DNA from: Catajapyx aquilonaris | Lineage: Eukaryota | DNA length: 48,308 nucleotides | Assembly: GCA_000934665.2 (NCBI GenBank) | Contig: JYFJ02003969.1 | Location: 1 to 48,308 of the forward strand | Direction of reading: 5' to 3' | Shown here: one piece after another, positions 1-10,392 of the stretch | How the letters are laid out: each line of letters begins with the position of its first letter | Numbering within the stretch: the stretch's first letter is position 1 | Notes under the pieces: model-generated | The model's database searches: none | The model's input: the letters and a program-made list of their open reading frames with translations, nothing else | What the model was told of the DNA's origin: nothing | Made by a program: the position numbers and the translations under genes

Positions 1-212
1 CAGAAAAGCATTCTGGTCTTTTAAAAGGGAGCATTTCGGGGTCTGCTCATTTGAAAACGAGCATTCTGCAAAATGCTCCTTTTTTTCCCCTCAATGGCCG
101 TTTACATTGAAGCAGTTGTTCCATGAAATGCCACTTGCAGTGAAAATTTCGCCCAATAAACTAAAAATTTAGGCGTTGTTGTGTTCAAGGCCAGTGGACA
201 AGTTTTTTTTTC

Positions 213-227
213 TTATTATTATTATTA

Positions 228-298
<71 letters not shown>
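213..298. repeat. (TAT)n microsatellite
   Basis: Direct run of tat/tta triplets; explains the poly-Tyr ORF 181..426. Confidence 0.97.
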
Positions 299-324
299 TG
301 CAAAAGTGTCATATTATTCTAAAA

Positions 325-382
325 GCTTCCGCGGAGCCCTTTGCGGAGCTTCGTGGAGCGGAGCAAAGTTTGGGAACTGCTG
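325..382. mobile_element. Terminus of a hAT (Charlie-like) non-autonomous element
   Basis: Ends ...gtttgggaactgctg (rc cagcagttcccaaac, resembling the CAG(T/C)GGTTCCCAAAC Charlie-type TIR), followed by acctagaa, close to the nTCTAGAn target preference. The other end was not found. Confidence 0.5.
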
Positions 383-487
383 ACCTAGAAGATCTCAGAT
401 GTCATGTAACTCCTATTAGGAGATAATAATTTGCAACTTGGGAACTACATTTCATGAAGTATGCTAATGAATTTTTTCTCCCTGCAG

Positions 488-640
488 TTGATGGAAATGC
501 GTTTGACTGTTGAGGGATTGGAGAAGGAGCGTGACTTCTACTTTGGAAAGTTGCGAGATATTGAGGTTTTGTGCCAAGAGCATGAGACGGACCACAACCC
601 AATTGTGCAGAAAATCCTTGACATACTCTATGCCACTGAG
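488..640 (+). CDS. MAPRE1: EB1/MAPRE microtubule plus-end protein, penultimate coding exon (EBH domain)
   Basis: cag|ttg...gag|gtaaat splice sites, 153 nt, phase 0; LMEMRLTVEGLEKERDFYFGKLRDIEVLCQE...KILDILYATE is the EB1 C-terminal EBH motif. Upstream exons lie outside the window. Confidence 0.97.
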
Positions 641-864
641 GTAAATGCAGGCACAGTATGTCACAACCACTCATAATACTAGTCAAGCAACTGTGTTTGG
701 ATTCATACAAAAGGGGGCAATATAGTTTCAATTGATATATTATTATTATGATTTTTGCCTGTTTTATGCCATCATGAAATTGAATCTTTGGAAGCATAAC
801 CTGGATGTGCAGGGTAGTTTGGGAACATCGCAGTAATTGCTGTTAGCTTCTACAGTAGCTATTA

Positions 865-1362
865 CAGTAAAACTTATATAAGTCGAATCTCCATGGGACC
901 GGAAAAAAACTTCGAGTTATAGAAGATTCGAGTTTGGAATTTTTAAAGCACATAACTCAATAAGGAAGCCTACCTTTATATTCAGCGACGAAAGGTGTTC
1001 ATAACTTAAAAATAGCTGTCACTATGACACTTACTGTACAATGTTCCTCGTTGTTTTGTTGTAAAAGAATCTCCGTTATGGACATTTGCCTACTCTTAGA
1101 TTCAAGGATTCAATTGTCACAATTGAGTCAAACACTTCTTTCGGTACGTCTGGTAGACGTACATCGGGAAATTGAGCCTTTCTGTACATGTGGCCTTCTC
1201 TCGACCCTTCAGCTGGGAAATGAGAAAATTTTCCATACTCCCCAACATGAACTTCGACTTAGGGAGACTGAAAATGCATCCATATCCCATCGTAAGGCCC
1301 TGCCTGCACTTCGAGTTATAGAAATTCGACTTAGGGAAATTCGACTTATAGAAGTTTTACTG
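865..1362 (-). mobile_element. pogo/Tigger-type MITE, copy 1
   Basis: TA|cagtaaaactt...aagttttactg|TA inverted termini with TA TSD; repeated ttcgagtta/ttcgactta subterminal motifs; a closely similar copy lies at 15072-15657. Confidence 0.9.
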
Positions 1363-1606
1363 TACTTTCTTATTTGATGTAGCCTACAGATAATTTATAA
1401 GGTAAAGGGGCAGGATGCTGTGCATGATCATTCTAGTGTGGTGGTGGTATATTTGATTGCTTGGCAGTGAATGGTGTGTGTTGCAATGATTGTGAACCAC
1501 CTTGCATTCCACTTCTGCAACTTTCTAGTAGGTGCTAGCCGTGAAGTGTTGAGGTAGCTGCTGTGGTAGTAAAGGAACCCACTAGGCTGCAAGGAAAATT
1601 TACTTA

Positions 1607-2177
1607 CGAGGGCCTTACTAAAATGATGTACACTTTTTTCCCCCCCACAAATGCAAGGCCCATGCAGGTTGCAGATATGCACACATTATCGATAGAACCC
1701 TCCTGGAGCCGAATGCACTGGCATCATGGCTGTGACAACCTCTCCAGACCCCCACAGGAACCATGATTTGGAGGTGTGATGCACCCACTCCCAGACAATG
1801 GCGTGCAGTCAACAACCGTCAACATTGTCCTCAGAATGGCATAGGCAAAGGGTTTTTTTCATGGATCCAGCTTTGGTTGATTTGACACCTGCCGTACTCC
1901 CCCGGCCTGGCTCCCAGTGACTTTCAACTGTTCAGATCCATGGGGAAAAATCCTCCCTTTGCTGACTTCATTTTGAGGACATCTGACTGTAAGCAGTTGT
2001 CTGGGAGTGTGTGCTCTGCACCTCCAAAATGTGGCTTCTGGAGGGCCTGGAGAGGATGGCACACCCTTGACTCCTATACCTTCAGCTCCAGGAAGATTCT
2101 CTCTATAATGTGTGCCGACCTGCAAGGGCCCTGTATTTGTGGCAAAAAAAAATTAAATCATTTTACTACGCCCCTCA
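1607..2177 (+). mobile_element. mariner-derived fold-back MITE with about 200 bp inverted arms
   Basis: TA|cgagggc...gcccctca|TA; arms about 1607-1806 and 1986-2177 are diverged inverted copies; the spacer encodes HLPYSPGLAPSDFQLFRSM (1886-1942), the mariner YSPDLAPxD motif. Confidence 0.85.
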
Positions 2178-2482
2178 TAATTTTTTAACAGCTACATTTC
2201 ACGCTATTGTACGTGAGTTGTTTCATAAGTCATGGCCCGTATTTTTAAATTCTAAGACAGTAACAGAGAGAGATGACCTTTGCTGAGTTTTGAAGCGCCG
2301 GCAATTACAATTTGATCTGATGTCGCCCATATCGCAGTGGAGACAGGAAAACAAAAGGGGATGGTGACCCCCCAATGCACCATTGGCCTAAGACATTTTT
2401 GTTAACCCAGTGTACACTTTTGTGAGGAGTGAATACCCAACCAGTGACCAGTATACCCAACTGGTCACTGAGTTTGCTTCAG

Positions 2483-2568
2483 TAATTGAAGGTCTCGGGA
2501 GTAAACAATGGTAAGGGATATGTAAAACCCATACCCTTACCATTGTTTACTCCCGAGCCCTTCAATTA
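2483..2568. repeat. Near-perfect palindrome of about 86 bp (mini-MITE-like hairpin)
   Basis: taattgaaggtctcgggagtaaacaatggtaaggg pairs with cccttaccattgtttactcccgagcccttcaatta; short loop; TA at both ends. Confidence 0.85.
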
Positions 2569-4527
2569 TCATACTCATATCATGCTCCCTGGGCAACCGC
2601 TGCATATTCATTGTGTTTATTGAGGCCCATGCATGGAAGGGTAATGGGCAATTTTGAAATGTGATGAGTTACCTAACAGTTATGGTTTCTGAAAATAAGC
2701 TGAATTTTTGTAAGCTGTGGTTATTGTTGGACCACCATGCATTGGTAGCAATATTTATTTGTCATTAACAATGAAGAGGAGTGCGGATTCACTAGCAGGT
2801 GTCAGCTTCATTAAAATATTCTCACATAAAGCCATTGTAATAATTGTTGGGCTGATAAGGCAGATAATGTTAGTGGACTGGAAAATGGTTGAAGCAGTAT
2901 GTCGTTTACTTTTAATTGCCACAAACATTGCCATTCAGTCCCACTTTTATTGTCAGCAACTGGCATATTCTTTGGACCCCTTCATGAATTTAGTCCTAAG
3001 GTAGGGTGCAAGAATTGAAAAATTTTACAAGCTACTGCACACTCAGTCTATACATCTTTCTGGTTTGGGCAGGTCTTTGCAGTTCCTATAAGTACTAAAG
3101 TGTGTGTTCGTAGTGATGTGGTTCATCTGTGTTGCATGGGGAATGGGGAGGGAAACTGTAGATCCAAGAGCATTTTGTTTTTGTGTGCTTTTTTGTCATT
3201 GCAGCTTGTAGGATGCACAACGTGAGTAATTATCCAAATAGTTGCTCGTGATTACCATTCTTATCAAGGGCAACTGTCCTGGTGGACAGTTATCCATGTT
3301 ATGCGTTCTATGGCCTGTTGTAAGTATCGTATGATATCATTCCATCTGTCATATATTGGATATGAACTTGCAGGTAGCAACGATATGTTACACGTGTCAG
3401 GTTAAGTATGTAAGTTGCATAAAATTGTGGGAGCTGTTATTGGTGGCAATGTTGTTGTTAATGGTATACTTGTTTTATCACCATGCAGAATAACAACATT
3501 AAGCTAGTTGTAGTATACAATAATGGTAGTGTAGTACTCTGTATTAGTAATCGTTGTGTGACAATTGTCCATTTATATGTTGACACCGCTTACATTATGA
3601 TCGGTTAACAGCACACACGTTCAGCATATTTTCATGCTGGGCAATACGTGTGCATCAAAATTGTTGTCTATGTTTGTTGCATCATAATTTCAGACTCCAG
3701 CAGAGGGGTTTGAAAGCTTGGCTGCCTGAGTTTGGATTCCAACCACTTATTGGCAACAAATAGGTAAATTGCAACATGTAGTGGATTCAACACCAGGTGG
3801 CTCATCTTGACCTGCCACCGTACTTAGCTAGGCATGAAGTTAGTTCCAATGTTTCTTCTTTTGGGAGTGTCTGTATCCAGGAAAGTATTTTGCTTATAAA
3901 AAGCAAATAAGGTACAGTGGCATTACAAAGACTGAATATGTAACTATAATTCTGTGATTCCGGGTTCAGGAAGTGCTGGTTCAAATGTTGTCTGATTGCA
4001 TACACTGCGGGATGCTGATAAAATCAAGAGTTTGTAGAGCTTGTAGAATACGCACATCTGGTGGCCATACCAGCATGCAAGATTTGGTTGTAAAACCTGT
4101 TCTGTAACTGATCAGAATTTGTGAAGACCCAGAAATAAGCTCGGAGCAGCTACTGCAGCTGCATGATCGTAGTATAGCAGCAAATGTAATATTCAGTTGA
4201 CAAATGAATCAACAAATATGGTTGTTTTTTTTTACAGTGTCCTACATACTATAAGTTAGTCATAAATAGAGCAATAGCTGCTGAGGACAAATGTCACACA
4301 TGATAATCGTTTGAAAAAATTTAAAAATGGCTTGAGACTCAATTTTTGTTTGGTTGTAAACTGGTACTGTTCGTGCCACCTGGTTTTGTTTTATGACACT
4401 TGTTCAGTTTTGGAATGCATACCACAATTAGCTTAACTTTGCCACCTGCGTAATTTAGAAATTGGAGCCCATATTTTAGTACAATAAACGAAGACTACAT
4501 TTTTGTAATTTCATTTTCCATTTGAAG

Positions 4528-4605
4528 GATGGATTTGCTGTTCCGGAGGATGGAGAGAATGACGGAGCAATGCTGTCGCCGCCACCTGATGCAGAAGAAT
4601 ATTAA
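4528..4605 (+). CDS. MAPRE1: EB1/MAPRE last coding exon (acidic tail ending EEY)
   Basis: Acceptor ttttccatttgaag|GAT; reads DGFAVPEDGENDGAMLSPPPDAEEY*, joins in frame to ...LYATE and ends in the canonical EEY CAP-Gly-binding motif. Confidence 0.95.
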   Translation, partial: DGFAVPEDGENDGAMLSPPPDAEEY

Positions 4606-5470
4606 TAATAATTAATTTTTGTTATTATTGACGACCCTCCCCACTTATCGCTTTAACTCAATCTCCCATACGCTTTACCAAGATGCCCTCTCATGTGAAA
4701 CTTTTTAATTCCTGTGCTTCCTGCTGGAAAGTCTGCAGCACTCCTTGTTTTCCATTTCAACCAGATAGGCTTTTGAAGCTGCTGACTGATTTTTCCCCTC
4801 TTCCATTTTGATTGTTTAAAAGAAAGCACAAGGATCTGTCAGGGCACGAATTTTAGCAATTATTATTAACCGAAGAATGAAGGTATCAAGTAAAGAGTTT
4901 TAATGGGGCGTTTAAATATTTAAAAAAGATGCAGGGGATTGAATGGTAATTTATAGAAAAATTGTGCTTCATAGGCTTCTCTGTAGTTGCATAGTGTAAT
5001 AGCCGATTATTATTTGTTTTTCCCATGTTGCCCGAGTTCAAGGACCTGTCTTCTTCCAATGTTGCCACTGTACATAATGTCCTGTTTGTATTTTCTGTTC
5101 CGATTTTTTAAAAAGGCACATTTTTTCTTGCATTTTTATGTTTAATCGAGATTTTGAAATGGAGTTAATGATGGTAGCGCATATATCAAAGCCATTGTTT
5201 CTTTAGGAGCTGCAGTTATCAAGCAGTTTTAAACACATGGTTGAATGTCTGTTAATCCCCGAGTTATTCAGTGACTTAAGGAGGCTTAGGTGGAGTTTTT
5301 GGGTGTGTGTCTTTTTTGGGGTATCGATAAACAAAAAATGCGACTACCACAAGTTATTAGTACCGCTTTGTATTACTGTATTTAACTTAAAATGTCATAT
5401 TGTTTGAGGTTCTTTTCCTGTGTTCTTAGTCCCTTCCCATCCTCCAAAGTTATTTCTACATTGATTAAGA

Positions 5471-5476
5471 AATAAA
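5471..5476 (+). terminator. Probable polyadenylation signal of the EB1 3' UTR
   Basis: AATAAA about 870 nt after the stop, at the end of an AT-rich UTR-like tract and followed by a GT/T-rich stretch. Confidence 0.55.
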
Positions 5477-5757
5477 TTATGCTTGTCAACAAGGATAGTG
5501 AAGCTGTTTTATTGTGTAACTAGCAGGATACCCGGCGTTTTAGTTAGGAAATACGTTTCCATAGGAGTAACTCATTCATTTGGTAGTTACCTTTGCAATA
5601 ATTACATGGCTATACAATGTTGGCATACCTGTAACATGGAGCATATTGCATGTGCATGAAGTCCAAACAACACACTATGGATGGTAAATTGTAAGAAAAT
5701 ACACAATTCACATTAAAAGATGAAACACACTGGTGTGGAAAATGCATCTTCATAATG

Positions 5758-6850
5758 GCAGCGCAGTGCTAAAGCTGATGAAATGTCCTCGGAGGTCCAC
5801 CTCCAGGAGGACTTGCCAGAAATTCAGCGCCGAACCTGATTGGGTGTAAGCAATTTACGCAGAATTCTTTGCACTTCTTCCTTCACTAGTTACTCATCAC
5901 TAGAATCCGGATTTTTAGGCATGAAAAAACCTGAAATAGGCACCAAAGTTTGCTTTTTTGGGCATATGGAGGATAATGTTACAGAAAATAAAAAAGCCAA
6001 AATAATTTTTAGGCCTAAACTCCTAAAGTATAAAATCAGGTCGCAAACCAGAACAAAAACCGAATAACAATGATAAACTGATAGAAAATCACAAAACTTG
6101 GGCAAAAGGCACAAAGTGCAAGCAAGTATCACTTGCTCTGGACTCTACTGCTTATAGCCAGTTTCCACTTGCACAATACGAGTATGTTGCGAAATATTTT
6201 TCCAATCAGAGAAAAATTTATATAAATAATTGGCATATGTGTCACGGAAATATGATTCGCATTTCTTCTGAACAATTTTGGTCCTTCCAGGAGCACAAAA
6301 AAAAAACTCCTCAAAAAACCAAACATGCCTCTAAGTCAAAAGGAATAGGTCCGTAATAGGCCCAAAAATTCTAGAAATTGGTTTAAAAAGTTTTCGCTGA
6401 ACTCTCTTTGCATATTTGACAGCATCAGTTTCAAATTGACATTTTCTTCCCTCAATCCAAGATGCGCCTCAATCTATCAAAAGCGTTGCCGCGTTGGTAT
6501 AACTGTATTGGCGGCCCGCATATCCAGTGATGGGGACGGTACAAGTACCACCTCTTCCTGACCTTTTCCATCTTCTCTTTCCATCGAGGTATCCTCCTGA
6601 CGTGTAGACTGCGTCGGAGGCTGCGACAAGAACTCCAGTGCCTTCTTGCTCATCTCATTTCCATCATCTTCCATAGATGTATCTTTCTGACTGGTAGACT
6701 GTGCGGGAGGCTGTAGCATCTCCAAATGTTTGGGGAGCAAAGCACGTGTCTTTTCGGCAAAGCTCCACCGTCAGCTGATTCCATGGGATCGAGTCCAAGG
6801 TTTTTTTTGAGAGAGAGAGAACTAACGTAACCCGAAATTCGAGTGTAGGC
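5758..6850 (-). pseudogene. Degenerate P-element/THAP9-like transposase fragment (N-terminal part)
   Basis: The - strand reads LREENVNLKLMLSNMQREF (heptad-like) and, after an insertion, LVKEEVQRILRKLLTPNQVRR*ISGKSSWRWTSEDISSALALRC (5889-5758). This resembles the post-zipper region of Drosophila P transposase as I recall it (LRKIFTDTQI...DDISTAICL). Several stops; TIRs not identified. Confidence 0.7.
5901..6373. mobile_element. Non-autonomous DNA element (hAT-like) nested in the P-like relic
   Basis: Starts tagaatccggattttt and ends aaaaattcta (shortened inverted copy); repeated aatagg/taggc subterminal motifs; removing it restores the P-like reading frame. No 8-bp TSD visible. Confidence 0.55.
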
Positions 6851-6999
6851 GGGAAATTTTTATTTGAGTTCATAGCATCATAGGTCAATCATAAATGGAT
6901 GAAGAGACACACTTTTGAATATTCAAGCGTGAATGGGGGGCTCGGGATGCGTTTCCCGTCGAGGGCCATTCATCTCCCGGAGCCCCTGTCAATTTCCCG

Positions 7000-7330
7000 T
7001 CGGTCATGACGTCGACGATATCGTCCTGTGACGTCACTTGTGAGTTGTCATAACGGGCTCAAAAATGTGGCAACACGTGTTTGGTATTCGACAGGCGGCC
7101 CACTCCTCATGCTAATCCCGGACCACCTGACAGACATGCCAGCGATCATAGTCGGCCACAGTTTCACTTCTAATTATTTGAAACCTCAAAATCGAAATCA
7201 TTGTTGGATACTCTTTCAGTGTGACCTCTGCGTATATCAGAACGCATGCGCGAGATGTCGGATAAGTGACGTGATGGCAGCCTTCCGCCACCCGAACTCC
7301 GGCCGGTTGTAATATTTTTTTGGTGTCCCT
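7000..7330 (+). promoter_or_regulatory. CpG-rich promoter region of TMEM214
   Basis: Local CpG density; palindromic CRE gtgacgtcac (7028-7037); NRF1/EWG-like cgcatgcg (about 7243-7250); agtgacgt (7266); lies upstream of the first coding exon. Confidence 0.6.
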
Positions 7331-7512
7331 TTCAAGTTTGAACCGTTTTCCACTTTTCTACCGTCATATGGTGCGTGTGGGTGCCAGGGACTCTCCATCC
7401 TCCGTCGTCGTCGTGTCCTCCGCGGTTTGCCTTCCCCTCGGTCCGGACTGGCTGGGCAGTGGACCCCTGGTGCTCCGCAGGTACTGCACGTAACAAGTCG
7501 TCCCTCGCTCAG
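7330..7512 (+). other. TMEM214: Probable non-coding first exon (5' UTR) of TMEM214
   Basis: GC-rich tract ending at candidate donors cag|gtactg (7481) or cag|gtgacg (7513); the next acceptor ttttactttcag|gtg at 8323 precedes the ATG. The start boundary is approximate. Confidence 0.45.
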
Positions 7513-8355
7513 GTGACGTTTGAAGGTGAACGCTTTCTTTAAAATAGCTCCCAGCAGATTTGAATCTGTCTCAAAATAAAGGCTGTGCTGCAGGTAGAGG
7601 CCGGGCCTTGTCTCGCCCGCCTTTGAGCGATTGACTTCCGCAGACAGGGAGGTGCAGGGAGACACTCTCATATAGGCAGCATGCTGCGCTAGGATTGGGT
7701 CAGTGCAGTGCAGTGCCCTTGCTCATCATTACCCACTGTGGGGCCTGAATTTTTAAGCGCTTTTGGTACAGTACTTGGTCATCTGCTTCTGTCACAGGAG
7801 CAAGCGCTGCCCATTGCACCGTCCCGGCAGATTGTGTTTGTGTTATGTGGCGTAATAAGTCATTGCTTGATATCTAGACGGATCAAACAGAGCTGTGGCT
7901 CCAATGTACAATCAGAATAATATTATTGCGAACATTCACTGATATTTCTTGGGAGACAGTCTTCATGATAATGATGCGCTGATGGCATCATGTACTGTAC
8001 AAAATTCCAAGCTCATGGGTATTCTCCATTGTCACAATTTCAACTGAGATTCTGTTAACCTTGTGAATTTCTCCTGCCATGCTCAGAAATTATATGTACC
8101 GATAAAGCACATTCCTGGTCCACTTTAATGCAGCAAAGAGTTTTTTAGAAGCTGCCCATTTGCAATTTTAAAGTGACAAAATTCTCCATATGTACTGAGC
8201 ATTGGAGGAGAATTGCCAGACAACTTGTGATCAAACTGGTGGTGGAAGCCAGAGAAAGAAAATAACAAATTTGTGATAATTTGTTACAAAAGGAAGCGAA
8301 TATCATGTACTTTTACTTTCAGGTGTTGCATTTGAATCAATAAGGAAGAAGCATC

Positions 8356-8515
8356 ATGTCAGTGGTTGGTCCAACCCATTGGGAGACAGTTGGGAAGCCA
8401 AAAAAGAATGGGAAAGTGTCAGATGGAGGAGGGAAAGAGAAAGGAGGTGGAGGTGGTGGGACGAAGAGTGACACGAGGAAGTTCATTGAAAATGCCCCAA
8501 AAGTTGAAGATGTTT
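8356..8515 (+). CDS. TMEM214: Transmembrane protein 214, coding exon 1
   Basis: ATG 8356, MSVVGPTHWETVGKPKK...RKFIENAPKVEDV; donor t|gtgagt, phase 1. The WE-V-K N-terminal motif is typical of TMEM214. Missed by the ORF track. Confidence 0.9.
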
Positions 8516-8608
8516 GTGAGTTGCTTGGATAATAATCTCTACTATAGGGAGACTTCTGCTTGACCAGGTGGGGACATAGGCTGGCATTTTTAGTCCAGTG
8601 ACAATATG

Positions 8609-9292
8609 CGAGGCACGTTCAGAAATGATTTACACACTTTCTTTTTCCCGCTGAAGAAGTGGTCCTAGAAGTTCCATTATTCACCATTAGATAGAACGAG
8701 TCTTCCTGAGTGTGCCATAAAAAATTGGACACCATTCGTCTCAGTTGCATCGTCACGGTGCCCGCCGAAGGTAGTGCCCATAGCTCTCGTCATGGACAAC
8801 TTTGCAGGAGACTCCAAGACGTGGATCATGGCGCTTTCTTTGCACGACTCGTCACTAGCGACGAATCGTGGTTCCACTATCACATGCCCGAGAAGAAACG
8901 ACAGTCCATGCAGTGGAAGTGCACAGCCAAAAAAATTAAAGACCGCGCCATCTGCTGGCAAGCGGATGGGGTGTGTTTTTTGGGATGCTCCGGATGCACA
9001 TGGCATCCTACTGGTGGCCTGGCTGGAGAAAGGCAATGGTGGAACAAAGATTCGTCGCCAGTGACGAGTCTTGCAAAGAAAGCGTCAGGATCCACGTCGT
9101 GGAGTCTCCTGCAACGTTGTCCATGACGAGAGCTTCGGCGGGCATCGTGACGATGCAACTAAGACGAGTGGCGTCCAATTTTTTGTGGCACACTCGGGAA
9201 GACTCATTCCATCTAGGGGTGAATAATGGAATTTCTAGGACCACTTCTTAAGCGGGAAAAAGAAAGTGTAAATCATTTCCGAACGTGCCTCG
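8609..9292 (+). mobile_element. mariner (irritans/Himar-like) fold-back element in a TMEM214 intron
   Basis: Inverted arms 8609-8880 and 9036-9292 (cgaggcacgttc...gaacgtgcctcg|TA); encodes FFARLVTSDESWFHYHMPEKKRQSMQW and, frameshifted, KTAPSAGKRMGCVFWD..HGILLVAWLEKG, the first-Asp region of a mariner transposase. Confidence 0.95.
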
Positions 9293-9766
9293 TAAATAAG
9301 GATTGCCGTGATTTTATGCCCACTCATACCCACAAATTTGAAATTCATTTGCTTCATTTCCTTCTCAGTTGTTGAACAGGAATCCATCATCGAATGGATT
9401 AGAATGATGGAGAGGAATCAGGACAGGGGAAAGTGGAAATCTTGAATTTCTAGGTCATATTTTCAACAAAGCTAGTTGAACACTAAGCACCAGCCTATGC
9501 CTTTTTCATAATTATGATTTTTTTCAATTATGCAGACTGTTCCTTTATTCCCTGTGCAACATTGCAACATTCCATCATCTGCCAAGAAAAAATATTTGTA
9601 GGGGAACACCTCACTTTGAGTATGTGAAAAACTAGAGCCAGTAAGGGAATGTTAATATTTGCAATTGTCTGTGGGTATTGGGATTATTCATAAGACTTAT
9701 AAGTTTTTATAGTCCATAATACTCTATATGAAATGTGACCTCATGCTTCTTTACATTGATTCACAG

Positions 9767-9987
9767 TACCACTTAATCAAGTGGCAACATTGTTCAACAT
9801 ATTTGAGGTGAACAAGAAGACAAATAAGCCAAAGACCAAGGAAGTTGAACCAAAAAAGCCTGATCAAAAGAAAGTGTCTAACAATACCAACAATTCCCAC
9901 CAGAATGGTATCAAAAAGAAGTCTGATGGAAACAAGAGGGAAGCAAAAGAAAAGCTTCCAAGGACTCTTGATGAGGCCATTAAGAAG
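9767..9987 (+). CDS. TMEM214: TMEM214 coding exon 2
   Basis: cacag|ta...aag|gtgaga; (L)PLNQVATLFNIF...PRTLDEAIKK; phases match both neighbours. Confidence 0.92.
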
Positions 9988-10091
9988 GTGAGACAATATT
10001 GATGGGATTATTTTGTATATTAGTAGGCTTAAGCTAACTTGTAAATAATTAACAATCTAAAAATTAATCATAAATTTCCTTCACTGTTCAG

Positions 10092-10392
10092 CTGAAGGAG
10101 GAGGAGCTGACCAACCTCATGACATCCCTCCGCATCCGCTTTCCTGAGAACCGCCTTGTATGGATGCGTGACATAGCTTCCTTCCTGAATGTGCGACTCA
10201 ACAATTATGTGGATGCAAATGGGGAGCACAGTGACCCTGCCTACACTGGAAAGCGGCCTGAATATCCCTCATCTCAGCTTCCAATCAAAATTAGGCGCAC
10301 TTTAGAGGCGCTGTTGCAGTCAACTCCACTGCAAGTACAGCAGATTGCATTCAACTCCTTTCTGGCCTCCATGGCACATGACATGCTGAAAG
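10092..10392 (+). CDS. TMEM214: TMEM214 coding exon 3
   Basis: ttcag|ctg...g|gtaaat; RFPENRLVWMRDIASFLNVRL...YPSS matches the conserved TMEM214 F-x-x-x-x-x-x-W-L-K-D-L-A block. Confidence 0.95.

Noticed and set aside
181..426. Poly-tyrosine ORF
   Set aside because: Translation of an intronic (TAT)n microsatellite.
865..1362. Recurring ttcgagtta/ttcgactta motifs as a CRISPR-like array
   Set aside because: Irregularly spaced subterminal repeats of a TA-flanked MITE in a eukaryotic intron; no cas genes.
5519..5540. actagcaggatacccggcg, possible minus-strand Helitron 3' end
   Set aside because: Too short to support as a feature.
5774..5828. Nested hairpin starting gctgatgaa, superficially SECIS- or hammerhead-like
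   Set aside because: Lies inside the P-like coding relic on the opposite strand and beyond the EB1 poly(A) signal; EB1 ends in TAA; I could not fit a full SECIS quartet or hammerhead core.
7237..7671. 144-aa minus-strand ORF
   Set aside because: GC-rich promoter/5' UTR sequence with few stops; no protein features.
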